Assembly: GCA_032718475.1 (NCBI GenBank)
Contig: JAUCBJ010004830.1
Span: 1 to 64,000, forward strand
Length of the DNA: 64,000 nt
Direction: 5' to 3'
DNA from: Nemertoderma westbladi
Taxonomy: Eukaryota; Animalia; Xenacoelomorpha
The notes under the pieces are model-generated. The model saw only the letters and a list, made by a program, of their open reading frames with translations. It was not told where the DNA came from and did no database searches. Both the position numbers and the translations under genes were made by a program. This document shows, piece after piece, positions 1 through 10,716 of the stretch (position 1 is the stretch's first letter; the number at the start of each line of letters is the position of its first letter).

Positions 1-455
1 TTAATTAAAATAATTTCCCACCCGAACTCTGAGATAAAAATGTTGGGGACACCGGGACCGAGACATACAGAAATCCGAGACCAATAAGGGGGGATGGGGG
101 GGGGGGGGGACATACAGACGGACCCCTGAGAAAAAAAAACTATTCACGAGGTAATTTATTAACCGAGCGAGACTAACTAAAGAAACGTTAATAAAGCATC
201 GAGAGAATAATTAATAATATTGTTCAACTTTTATGATGTAATATAACTTTTATTAATTCATAATAATTGAAATCTAAAACTGATTCTTTTTCGTGGCTTA
301 ATTTATTATTAATAGTATTTTTGCCTTTCTACCAATTTTTGGGGTATATTAGAGCAAAAAAATAACAATTAAATGAATAAAGTAATTTTGAACAGATTAG
401 TGGTCTGTCCTTCTCTTTCTCATAATAAATATTAGAAAACTCAGTCCAAGGCTTT

Positions 456-2650
456 TTACCACAGTCTACAAAACGGTTGTTCAATTAACATACCTGCATC
501 GGTAACGACTCTTTCATTGATAGAGTCAATGCTGTCTGCAGACCAAACGCCTTGGCGAGCATCGGAAAGTATATTTCCCCATTCAGGGTCATCAATATGA
601 CGCCAATTCTTCTTAAGTTCGACAATAACATCAAACTTCAACCATAACTCCCTTCCAGATAGTTTCTCAAGTGTGGGGCAATCTGCGAGTGTCGCATGTA
701 CTCTAGTCAATGGCGTGGAGCAGACGCTAGGTAGCTGTAGAAAGTCCCCACAACAGACAACATGGAAACCGCCAAAGATGGATTCCTTCTCATCCGATAT
801 TTTACATAAGGTAGAGTTAATCTTTTCGAAGAGATTTGCTCCCACCATGGATATCTCGTCGATGATGATGAGGATTACTCCATCATAGCATTTTCTTAAA
901 GCTGTAAGTTGACGGCGAGAAAGAAGTTTCTGACCCCCACGGGAGACTGGTATGTGCAGGGATCGATGTATTGTACTTCCTCCAATGGAAACAGCACTGA
1001 TTCCAGTTGGAGCCATAATCTTTACAGCTCCGGGTTTCCACATGTCTGTTAGTTTTTTCACCGCGTTTATCACGCGGCTTTTCCCTGTTCCCCCTTCGCC
1101 AGACAGGTGCATTCGTAGCTGGGTATCAGAAGTCCCACAGATACCCTTGAGAAGAGCTTTGCCAATAATGCGAAAGGCATCCAGTTGATCTCCAGTCAAT
1201 CCTTCAACCTTCGCCACATTATTTAGGTCGGGGCAAATTGCAGTTCCTTCTTTAATTGAAGTCATTGCCTGTGGTGACAACTGAATATCTGGGGAGAGGG
1301 CATACTCCAGGCGTTCTAGAACAGCCTGTCGTGTAGGAAAGTTATCATTCAAACTGCCGACAATGGTTTGAGGATTATCAACCTGAATCATGTGGTTGTC
1401 GATAGCCTCCTGGATATCCGCCAATGAGGTCCGGGAGCCGTTAACGGAAGTCGCTTCATGCCAGTTTGAGTTTGGTTGGGCTTCCACTGAAGGTAGTTGG
1501 GTGTCATTCATAGCGTCACTTCCAAATCCCAATGACTCGAGGACTCCGACCTCGGGGACATCTTTGGCAATTAACCGGCTAATATGCAGAGTTGATAAAC
1601 CAATATCGGCATTGTCTTCATCCTCATCTGAATGACAATTTGGGTTGTTATCCATTTCTTGTTCAGCAGTTGGATTATCGTTGTCACAACCATCATCATT
1701 CTGCGAGGAAAGATCTCTCAGCCTGCGTTGTTGTTCATTGGCTTCCTCCTGTCCAATGTAATACTGCTGCATGTGTTCTAACAACAGCGGTATAGAATCA
1801 GCTCCATGCCAAGATGACATCGAATCCCACCAAGATTGACCATTTGAAGGAATGAGGTCGTGTGAAGATCGGAAAGGCTTGGTCAGGATTAAGGCAAGTT
1901 GAGCGTATTTATCATGTTCCAATTCATTCCGTCTATCAGGCAACCGCGGGCCAATTATATCCGGAATTACATTGGTTTTTCGTTTAACAACGCCGTGAGT
2001 CAATCGTTGTAGGTGTAGAATTCGGAATTTGAGAACTTCACCTGTTTTCCCCGCAATAGAGACCTTCTCATACTGCTCCACAAACTCATACAGACTAATG
2101 TTGTCGAGTCCATCAGGGCGGTTGCAGTAGTCTTCCCACTGGGTGACTGACAGGTATTCCCCAGTTTGGCGATCTCTTTCAAGCAGGGTCTCATATTCCT
2201 CCTTCTGAAGAATCGCATATGCTTGCGATAAGAGCAACGTAGAAAACCTATGTGATACATATGTTAGTTGCCCCTTCCGTTCGATAAAGAAGGCAGCGAG
2301 AGGTGCAGATATTTCCTGTTTGCTACTGATCGTATAAACAATGCTGATAATCAGTTTCGCAGCAGCAGCGTGGGAACGAGACGTATTTAAGTCTTCCAAG
2401 GCTTTTTTTTCTGTCGAACGCTGCTAGGATCATCGCTGTCTGACTCTCCACACTTTGCTGAGACTTCGTGACATATTTGACAACATAAAACGCCAGAAGT
2501 GAACCAGCTGCACCAATGAGAATTCTGCAGTCATGATTACAACGAAGCAGCTCGAGTAACACAGGAACATAAGAGTTTATATATTCGTTTCCTATGACTC
2601 TAGCGTGTTCCACTTGACCATCTTCGAAGGTTGTAATCTCCACTGGTCCT
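456..2650 (-). mobile_element. Helitron2/Helentron-type RepHel coding fragment (Rep C-terminal motif + PIF1 helicase), one frameshift
   Basis: ORF 2323-2643 has RCNHD..YVVKYVTK (Rep catalytic YxxKY). ORF 456-2399 has DYCNRP..LYEF, Walker A GEGGTGKS, APTGISA..GSTIH, Walker B IIDEISMV and GDFLQLP. The frames join at the T-run near 2402-2410. Confidence 0.85.
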
Positions 2651-2703
2651 GTACAAAATAATGATAAAACAATAAAACATTAAGGCATTCATTAATTAAT
2701 GTA

Positions 2704-3034
2704 TGGCATACTTTTAGTATTTTTATTCGGCATTTTAATTCCCTTTGATATTCTTCTGAATTTACTCGCGAGATAAATTATTAAACTCGCGAGAAAATTA
2801 TTAACCTCGCAAGATAAATGATTAAACCCCGTGACACGGTCCCTATTCTGGACTGAACTATTGTTTTCTCGCTAGTTTAATTATTTATCTCACGAGGTTA
2901 ATAATTTTCACAGGTGTTTGATAATTTTCTCGCGTGTGTAATCTTTTAGCTCGTGAGATAAATAATTTTCTCGCGTGTTTAATCATTTATCAGGAATATC
3001 AAGGGGAATTAAAATGTTGAATAAAAGTATGCCA
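2704..3034. mobile_element. Foldback/MITE-like element with long terminal inverted repeats
   Basis: Left end tggcatactttt..ttattcggcattttaattccctttgatattc is the near reverse complement of right end gaatatcaaggggaattaaaatgttgaataaaagtatgcca. Internal ~21-bp ctcgcgaga(t/a)aaattattaa units are inverted between the two halves. Confidence 0.75.
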
Positions 3035-3369
3035 AATTAATGTCATATACATTATTAATAAATTAATAGGCAGCCACACATAACCCTATTTTCCTAGCGG
3101 AAACTACGGGGGGGGGGGGGGGGGTATTTTGACCTCTCCACAATCCCCCCCCCCCCCATTTTCGAAATTCAAGAAATATGTATGAAAATTGTATCAAATA
3201 GTTTCATGATAAAGGTTTTCACATACTCTGAGTTAATTGGTGCCATTTATAATTACATCCGACATTTTCCAGTGTGTGCACTATGGAAACGAAAAATACA
3301 AGTAGTCACATGTTTTCAAAAAGAAAAAATATTAGAATTGTTAGATTCTCTCAACTAGGTTTTCCGACA

Positions 3370-3540
3370 TGCTGAATTCGATGGTTACATTTTCCAAGTG
3401 TTTAAATTTTGGTAGGGCCATCTACCGGGATACAGATCCACTGGTTGATTTTGGGACACAGAACTGCACGAAAAATACAAGTGAATTCGATGGTTACATT
3501 TCCCAACGGTTTAAATTTTGGTAAGGCTCCATACCGGGAC
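3370..3540. repeat. Imperfect direct repeat, probably subterminal sequence of a non-autonomous DNA transposon
   Basis: gaattcgatggttacatttyccaa..gtttaaattttggta occurs twice about 110 bp apart. Confidence 0.45.
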
Positions 3541-4007
3541 TTCATATGTTGCGCATCCAATAATGTGTTATAATGTTTAGAGTTCAAGGAAGGTTTACAA
3601 GGAAATAGATTGACTGTTCTTATTATTTCTCCATTTCTACTTAATGTGCTAACCCATTGACAATGGGGGAGGGAAGACTAATTGTGTATCATGATTTGCT
3701 GCAATTATATACAGTATAATCATAGCTTTCATTTAACAATGACAAAGTTAATTTATTAACAAGATTAATGCAATACATTAATTATTGTATATATGTAACT
3801 ATATATAGATTAATTAATTTAATTAATCTAATTTAATTAATGTACCACTACAGTAGTTGTCAGTTGGTTCAAAACCTTGGGAATATAAAAACAATTAACA
3901 TTATTCGTTTACAAAAGATTACAAATAATATTTTTATGTTACTTTCTAAATGTTACTAATTGTTCTAAATGATACTGATTGGTACATACAGTAGTCAACT
4001 TGCTTAT

Positions 4008-5080
4008 TCAGTTATGGACACCCATATTGACATACCTGCTTTGTTGTTTCACAATGCCATGGCGGTACTCAGGAGTCAGAATAGTAACATGGACAAAGTC
4101 CACATTTGATCTGATGTATGGTAAACCAAGGAGATTATGAATAATGTCTGGATAACCTATCTCCCGAGATTTGATGCCACTCTTATTGGAATCTTTCTTA
4201 TCATCCTGTTTCTTCAGGTAATTAACACCTGAAATCTTTATACCCTCTTGCTCAGTATGGGTGACCTTTACTGAGGAGATATTCTTTTTGCTATCGATTT
4301 TAACTGCTCTCCTTTCTTCAGAACCCCCCCAAGTACTTGGCACAGTACGAGGTACAGAACCTTGTATCACATGCCTGTACATTGGTGGATGATCTCAAAG
4401 CAACCCAATACCTAGGTATTGTCGGCACAGCAAACTCATGACCACCAGCGGGATAAGTATGATGACCACCAATAAGATTACTATGTGCCAATCGATTACC
4501 CTGATCATCTAATCTAAGAGTTCCATCGTCATTTCTTTGAAGAAGGTTTATAGATTCAAAATCATCAAGGGCCTCATCGCTATACAATGTATACATATCT
4601 GTACAAACTTGCTAGGTGACGAGGCATTCGGCAAAACGTATTTCCAGCCTCAACAATACGCTTATGACACTAACTGCCAGCATGGTCACAGTTGTGATTT
4701 TGCAGATGCCCATGGCAGCATAGCTCAGACCATTGATCATCCTCAATGATTCCTTGTTGAACCAATTCAGGACGATCTGTCCCAAACATAGGAGATAGCA
4801 AGTCAATGGATTCGCAGCATATTTTCCCTGCGGTTTCCTCTATAGACTCGGGGTGGAGGGTTATTCCACCATGGATATGTAGCATATTTGCCACAGGGGA
4901 TCCCTGGTCTTGAGCCTCCATTCATGTCCATAAATACTTCACATCACCAAAGGGTTTATCAATACCTCGTTCAATCTAATGGTGAAGGTGATCCATGCAA
5001 CAATTCCAATGGCGTGTGAGTAGGGTAGTATATTTCTCCATAGCTAAAAGCCAGCTTTCTGCCTTCCAGATGCTCATAGA
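4008..5080 (-). pseudogene. Degenerate HUH Rep domain of an atypical Helitron-like element (homolog of 42044-43639)
   Basis: LHIHGG (HUH) in 4670-4921, YCAKYLGG in 4318-4596, NVDFVHVT..PEYR in 4008-4382. Aligns by eye with the 42044-43217 peptides; several frameshifts. Confidence 0.75.
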
Positions 5081-7239
5081 GCTTCAGAACTGCATTATAC
5101 ACTGGCAAAACTCCTGGAGTATATTATGTGTTATTACATGTGGCTGTGAAGAAATAATTCCAGTAACCATATAATCCATCCATAATTTCAGTCTACAGCA
5201 AAGGATATTTATAAATTTATGAACAATAAACAGTAAACACCTGCATAAATAATGAATTATATAAGATGCATATAGCGTATTGTATAACATGAACTTACGT
5301 CAGTCCTAAAGCGATATCTTCCATCTTTACATAATTCCGTTGATTTCTAAATATTAATAATACTTAAATTTTAATAAGCTTGAAAGTATAAATATTTCAG
5401 TAATCAGAATAATTTATATGGATAACGGAGGTAGGCCTACATTCCAAAAGTACAAAATTAAATTTTAAATGTAAATTATTTAATTGTGAAAGCAAAATAA
5501 TTATTTTTAATATTATGGAAATAAAATTTTTATATAGACTGTAAAAGAATATATCCTATAAATCTACAAAATGCCACCAAATGTTGTACAATTCTAATTT
5601 TTTAATAAAACAAAACTTACATAATATGGACAACTAATAAATGAACCAGGAATACAAGGCACTACAGGTGACTCTTGCTCTTTAGAAGTTGGTGCAGGTG
5701 GTGGCAGAATAGCTGAGGAAGAAAGAGGTTGGGGAGTATTGGGCCTCGTTGGCTTCCATAACTGGATGCCCTCCAGTTGGCGGCCAGATTCTGCGCCTGT
5801 TGCCTCAATCCCCTGGTTCAAATGCTCCAACCGCTTCGGGCAAACGTTTAAACGAAGTTAGTTTTAACAGAGACAAGATATTAAATCGTTGAGTAGGGAT
5901 TTGCATCAAGTCCCCCCCCCCCCCCGTGTCTCCATTATTAACAGTGATTAAACTACATACAGTACGAATTTAATTATCCATTCCCCTGGACCCACATTGG
6001 GACATTTGGTTCCAAGTGTATCTACTCAGAAAATCGTCTTCCTAGAAAGAGTATTTTTACACTAGCCCTATGGGACAGCGGCGCTTATCAAAGCTAGCCA
6101 ACTATCGTTATGAAATGTCAATCATTCAATGGGAGGTACTCTGATATATGTGTGGTGGGTGGGCTGTGCATTCAAGGGCGCTTTCTTTCTGGTTCTGCTA
6201 ACTGCTAACTATGTTACGTGCACTGCTGCTAGCTACTCTTGTCTTACTTCCACCTGTGCCTTTACAATGTATAATGTTTTACATGGCTTCCTAATAAACC
6301 ATAATTCATGTATATGGCGCGGTTATGCATAAAAAATGTATTAGTTAACATAAGTTATTAGTAAACAGGAAGTGATTTACTTTCATTTAATATCCTGAAC
6401 TCGATTAAAATTATTTTATTAAAATGAAAAATTTAATTACAATATAAACATTAATCAAAGCACAATAAAACGTGTTCCTAAATTACATTTGAGTAAGCAC
6501 AAATATACAGGGTATTATTAGTATGTCAGTCACAGTCTAATTATATTATTAATCGTGTCCCTTCAGTTTAGTCTAAAATGTCAAAGAGCCCATTAAAATT
6601 ACATTATTAGTTCGCACTTTAAAATTAAACTATAAAAATGGTGACGGTAAAAGCGAATAACATAAATAAATAAAATTAAAAATTAATTAAAAACACAGAA
6701 ATACTATTCTTTATTGCATACAATAAATTTCATCACGATTTGTAATATAGAAATAATAGTGATCTTGTTTCTATTGCCGGTATATTACTGATGATTAATT
6801 TGTTTAAGAAATAATATAATTTATAATATATCTATAATAAATAATCTATAATATAATTTGGTGGGTTAAGGCCCCATATTCAATAAAAGGAAAGAAAGCG
6901 CCTCTCTCTGAACAGGTACACTATCATGGGGACTGGGAACTGGCCAGTGTTTGCTATTGACTGACTGCATATAACAGATACAATTGTAACAGATACAAGT
7001 TGTAGCTAGAAACCCTGCCCAGTGAGGTACACTTCGCTTTGTATTAGAAAAACTCCCCTTGGAAATTGTAAACGGGATTTGTGTTTCAGACATAGACAGA
7101 CTCCAGTTACAAACGTACACATCCACAACTTCAGCTATGGTTATATTTAAAATTAACTAACTAACTCAAACAGTTAACAACTCTGCCATCGAAAACAATA
7201 ACTAACTTTTAAACTTTTCATCATTTATTATATTATGAT

Positions 7240-9472
7240 ATGAGACAACCACCACAAGCGGCCGGATCGTCCACCAGCGACCCCTCTTCTAGACCAACTT
7301 CCAGTGAGATCTTTACCTCTACAGGCGCCATGGCTACCGATTGTGATGGGACCCCAGTTGCCATGGTTACTGCTACTGGCCGTGTTGCTCCAGGCACCAC
7401 CGCTTCCGACCCAGTTCCCGTTGTTTGGAGTTCCGCTACAGAAAGCTCAGACACATCTGGTTTGGAAAACCTTTAGGGGGAGAAGCTGCCACTACTGGGA
7501 ATGTTACCACCGAGTCTGCGAGCCCGATAACTCCTGGAAATGGGGACACTTTACATGGATCTATTCCATCCACATTTCTTAACTGTCACCTTATGAACAG
7601 TCTGAGTTTAGGTAATAAACTTCCTGAGCTTAATTTGTTTCTAGAAACATGCGATTATCATGTTGTTGGTGTCACTGAGACTTGGTTACGTGATACTATA
7701 ACTGACGGTATGCTTGAGAAACTAAATGGAAAATGGTAAAATGTTTTTAGAAAAGGAGGGGATGTGGCTTTATTTGTGCCCTGAAATGTACACAGATATT
7801 TTTAAACAGTAAGTTTTCTGATTGTGAAGTTGTTGCTATCGATATATTAGGGGACGCGTTTAATGCCCGTTTAATTTGTATTTATCGATCTCAGTCTGGA
7901 AATTCAATCGAGGATATTACCCTATTATGTGAATGTATTTCGTCACAATTTTAACTGGGAAGAAATGTATTTTCCTATCAACGATATTTATAGTTGCTTT
8001 TTCAACTGTATTAATGAAGCTGGATTTACCGAGTTAGTAGACAAGCCCTCTAGAGGCAATAATATCCTTGATTTGGTATTCACTACAGAAGTTCTATGTG
8101 TCAGTAGTGTTCTAGTAAATCCCCCCTTTTCTAGTAGCGACCACAGCACATTCACTTTTAATTTATGTGGCCCTTACCAATTTTTCGAAAGTGACACATT
8201 GCAGTATTTTGATTTCAAAGATGGCGATTATACATCTTTTTCTAATTATTTAGATTCTCAGAATTGGCACAATATTTTTAGTTCTTGTACTACTATTAAA
8301 GAAATATCTAGTGATTTCAAAAAGAAATACCCGCTTCATATTAAACAGTTACAACATAAAAAGAAATTGCTCTCGTGAAGGCGCCATACCATTCAGGGTA
8401 AAAACGAGTACAAAAATTGTACTAAGGAAATCACTAGAACAATATTCAGGTATTCATGTTTGAAAGAGAATAAAATATTAGAATCTGGTAAACCAAATGC
8501 TATTTTTAGTTATATAAACTCCAAAAGAAATTATAAATCCGGTATAGCTCCTCTAAAGTTTATTGGCGAAGTCATTGTTGATGATACCACTAAAGCTAAG
8601 ATATTTTCCAAAGTACTTTCCGAAAATTACTGCGAGGACAACAAGTCTACACCGGATTTGGATAATGTGGCACCGCCAAATATTTCACTGCACGATGTTA
8701 ATTTTAATCCCAATGTTGTTTTTAATGTGTTGCGCAATTTACCTAGTAAAACTAGTAAATAGTATACCTAGCAATTTGTATAAGAACCTGGCACGCCAAC
8801 TAGCGGCGCCATTGTCAGCTATTTTTGAAATGTCATTCATTTCGCACGCTTTACCCTCTATTTGGTGTACAGCAATTGTAATACCTATGTATAAAAAGGG
8901 AGACTCATCTGACCCATATAATTACAGACCTATTTCACTTACATGTGTTGCGTGCAAAGTAATGGAAACGATTATAAATAAGGAGTTACTATCGTATCTA
9001 TTAACTAACCGCCTAATCTCTAAGCAGCAGCACGGATTCTTAAAACGTAAATCAACTGCGACTCATTTAGTTGAGCGCACTAATGATTGGTTTCGGATTC
9101 TGGACAAATGGAAAGATGTTGATGTTGTTTACATTGACTTCGAGAAGGCCTTCGACAAGGTCGTCCACGCCAAACTATTGCTAAAACTTGCTGCTTACGG
9201 AATTTCCGGTAAAATGTTAGCTTGGTTTCATTATTTTTTATCAAATCATAAATTTCGTGTGCTTGTTGGTAGGAATTATTCAGATTTTGTTGACGTCCTG
9301 TTTTATTTATTATATTTATTAATGACCTACCTAATAATTTGCATGCTGTTAGTACTAAACTATTTGCTGATGATCTAAAAATTTACGCTGACCATAGTAA
9401 ACATGTTGACATTCAGTGCGCTTTGGATACATTGTCGATTTGGTGTAATACTTGGCAATTGAGTGTTGCTAC
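7240..9472 (+). mobile_element. CR1-clade LINE, 5' part (possible ORF1 tail, APE endonuclease, RT), degenerate
   Basis: APE motifs VGVTETWL, NILDLVF, SDH. RT motifs YRPISLT, QHGF, IDFEKAFDKV, LFADDLK. Stops and frameshifts are present and the SGVPQGS motif is deleted near 9295. Confidence 0.9.
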
Positions 9473-10013
9473 TGTGACGGGATCCAGGAGGGATCCCGAT
9501 TTATCTGATGTGGTAATTTAGTCCACGCGTCCCCGCCGTGTATAAGGGTGGAATAAAGTAACTGAGTTCTGAAGTTCGGTGTATAATAATAATAGGGCAT
9601 AGGATATAGATATAGATATAATGTGTACAAGGCGGGATACGGTAACTAAAGTCCCGTGATCCCCTAACTAAACTAATTGACTACCAACCTACGCTAGCAC
9701 TGCTACACTGAGATAACTGAATCACTGATTAATAGGTTATTGGTTATATTGCACGGTGGCCTTACTGCTACTCAATCGATGCCTTTCCCCCCTCTGATTG
9801 GTTAATACCCTTGTTGGCGCCCCGTGGAGTATTCCCGTTCACTCCACCTGTTCTCTCTGGGTTAGGGGTTTGGCCCCTGACCCTCTATTGTGTGCTTCCT
9901 TCCCACTCTTATTGGGATGGCACGAGTTGGTTAATTGCCCAATCTCGTGGCTCCCAATATTGCTTATCGGCTTATAACTTTATGGGGTGTTGGCGGGATT
10001 GAATAAGCTAACA
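9473..10013 (-). repeat. 3' LTR of the BEL/Pao element (541 bp)
   Basis: tgtgacggga...gctaaca; matches 23406-23947 except one C/T substitution and one C-run indel that I could see. Confidence 0.96.
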
Positions 10014-10022
10014 CTCCCCCCC
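10014..10022 (-). other. Polypurine tract
   Basis: Minus strand reads GGGGGGGAG immediately before the TGTTAGC start of the 3' LTR. Confidence 0.85.
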
Positions 10023-10716
10023 ATGCTATCTTCCCGGTAAGAAGATAGCATCAGCCTAAAAGTGCGTTACAATCCCGCTGGATCCCGATCTAGTATCGGG
10101 TGTGGGGTGGAATTCTTTTCTCTCGGGGTCGGCTTTCCAGGCCGCCCCCTATGGGTATGATGACGCTACCCTGTGTGCCTGGCGTCTCATGTCGGGCCGA
10201 TCGCGCTCACCTCCCACGCAACTTTTGTTTCCCCAACATTTTCGCCCTATCTCACCTTCACTCTCACCCTAACTCTCTCACATTCGGACCTCCTCGTCCC
10301 TTACTCAGCCTCTTATTCTCCCCCCCCCCACACTGGAATTGCATCGGCACTCTCTCCGCACTCCGCACCATTATTCCGTCCCTCAACCTCACTTCGTCTG
10401 TCTCTTCCCTTCTGACGAATCTCCCCCCCCTCTCGTGCCGTCGCACTCAAGAGGTGTGAAATTGTCTGGCGTCTCGTCCACAGTGCCATAGTCAGTTATC
10501 CCCCAGTCCCACTAGCTAGTTGAGAAAGGTTGTATGACTATAGTACTTACTCCGATCGTGTATTTTACTGCTAATTACTACGTACGTACATACGAATTGC
10601 ACTTATATGATTATTTGCATTAATTAAATTTGTACTTAATGGTTCGTACGTTGCATGCGGCGCCTTCCAGGCGCACCACGTCCCAGTCTCAGTCTCACTC
10701 CCTCGTATCTGGGAAC

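Noticed and set aside
456-2399. Host PIF1 gene
   Set aside because: Fused to Rep-type YxxKY and Helitron linker motifs, so transposon-derived.
9811-10002. ORFs inside the LTRs (also 23673-23936)
   Set aside because: Short, non-ATG starts, duplicated only because they lie in the LTRs.
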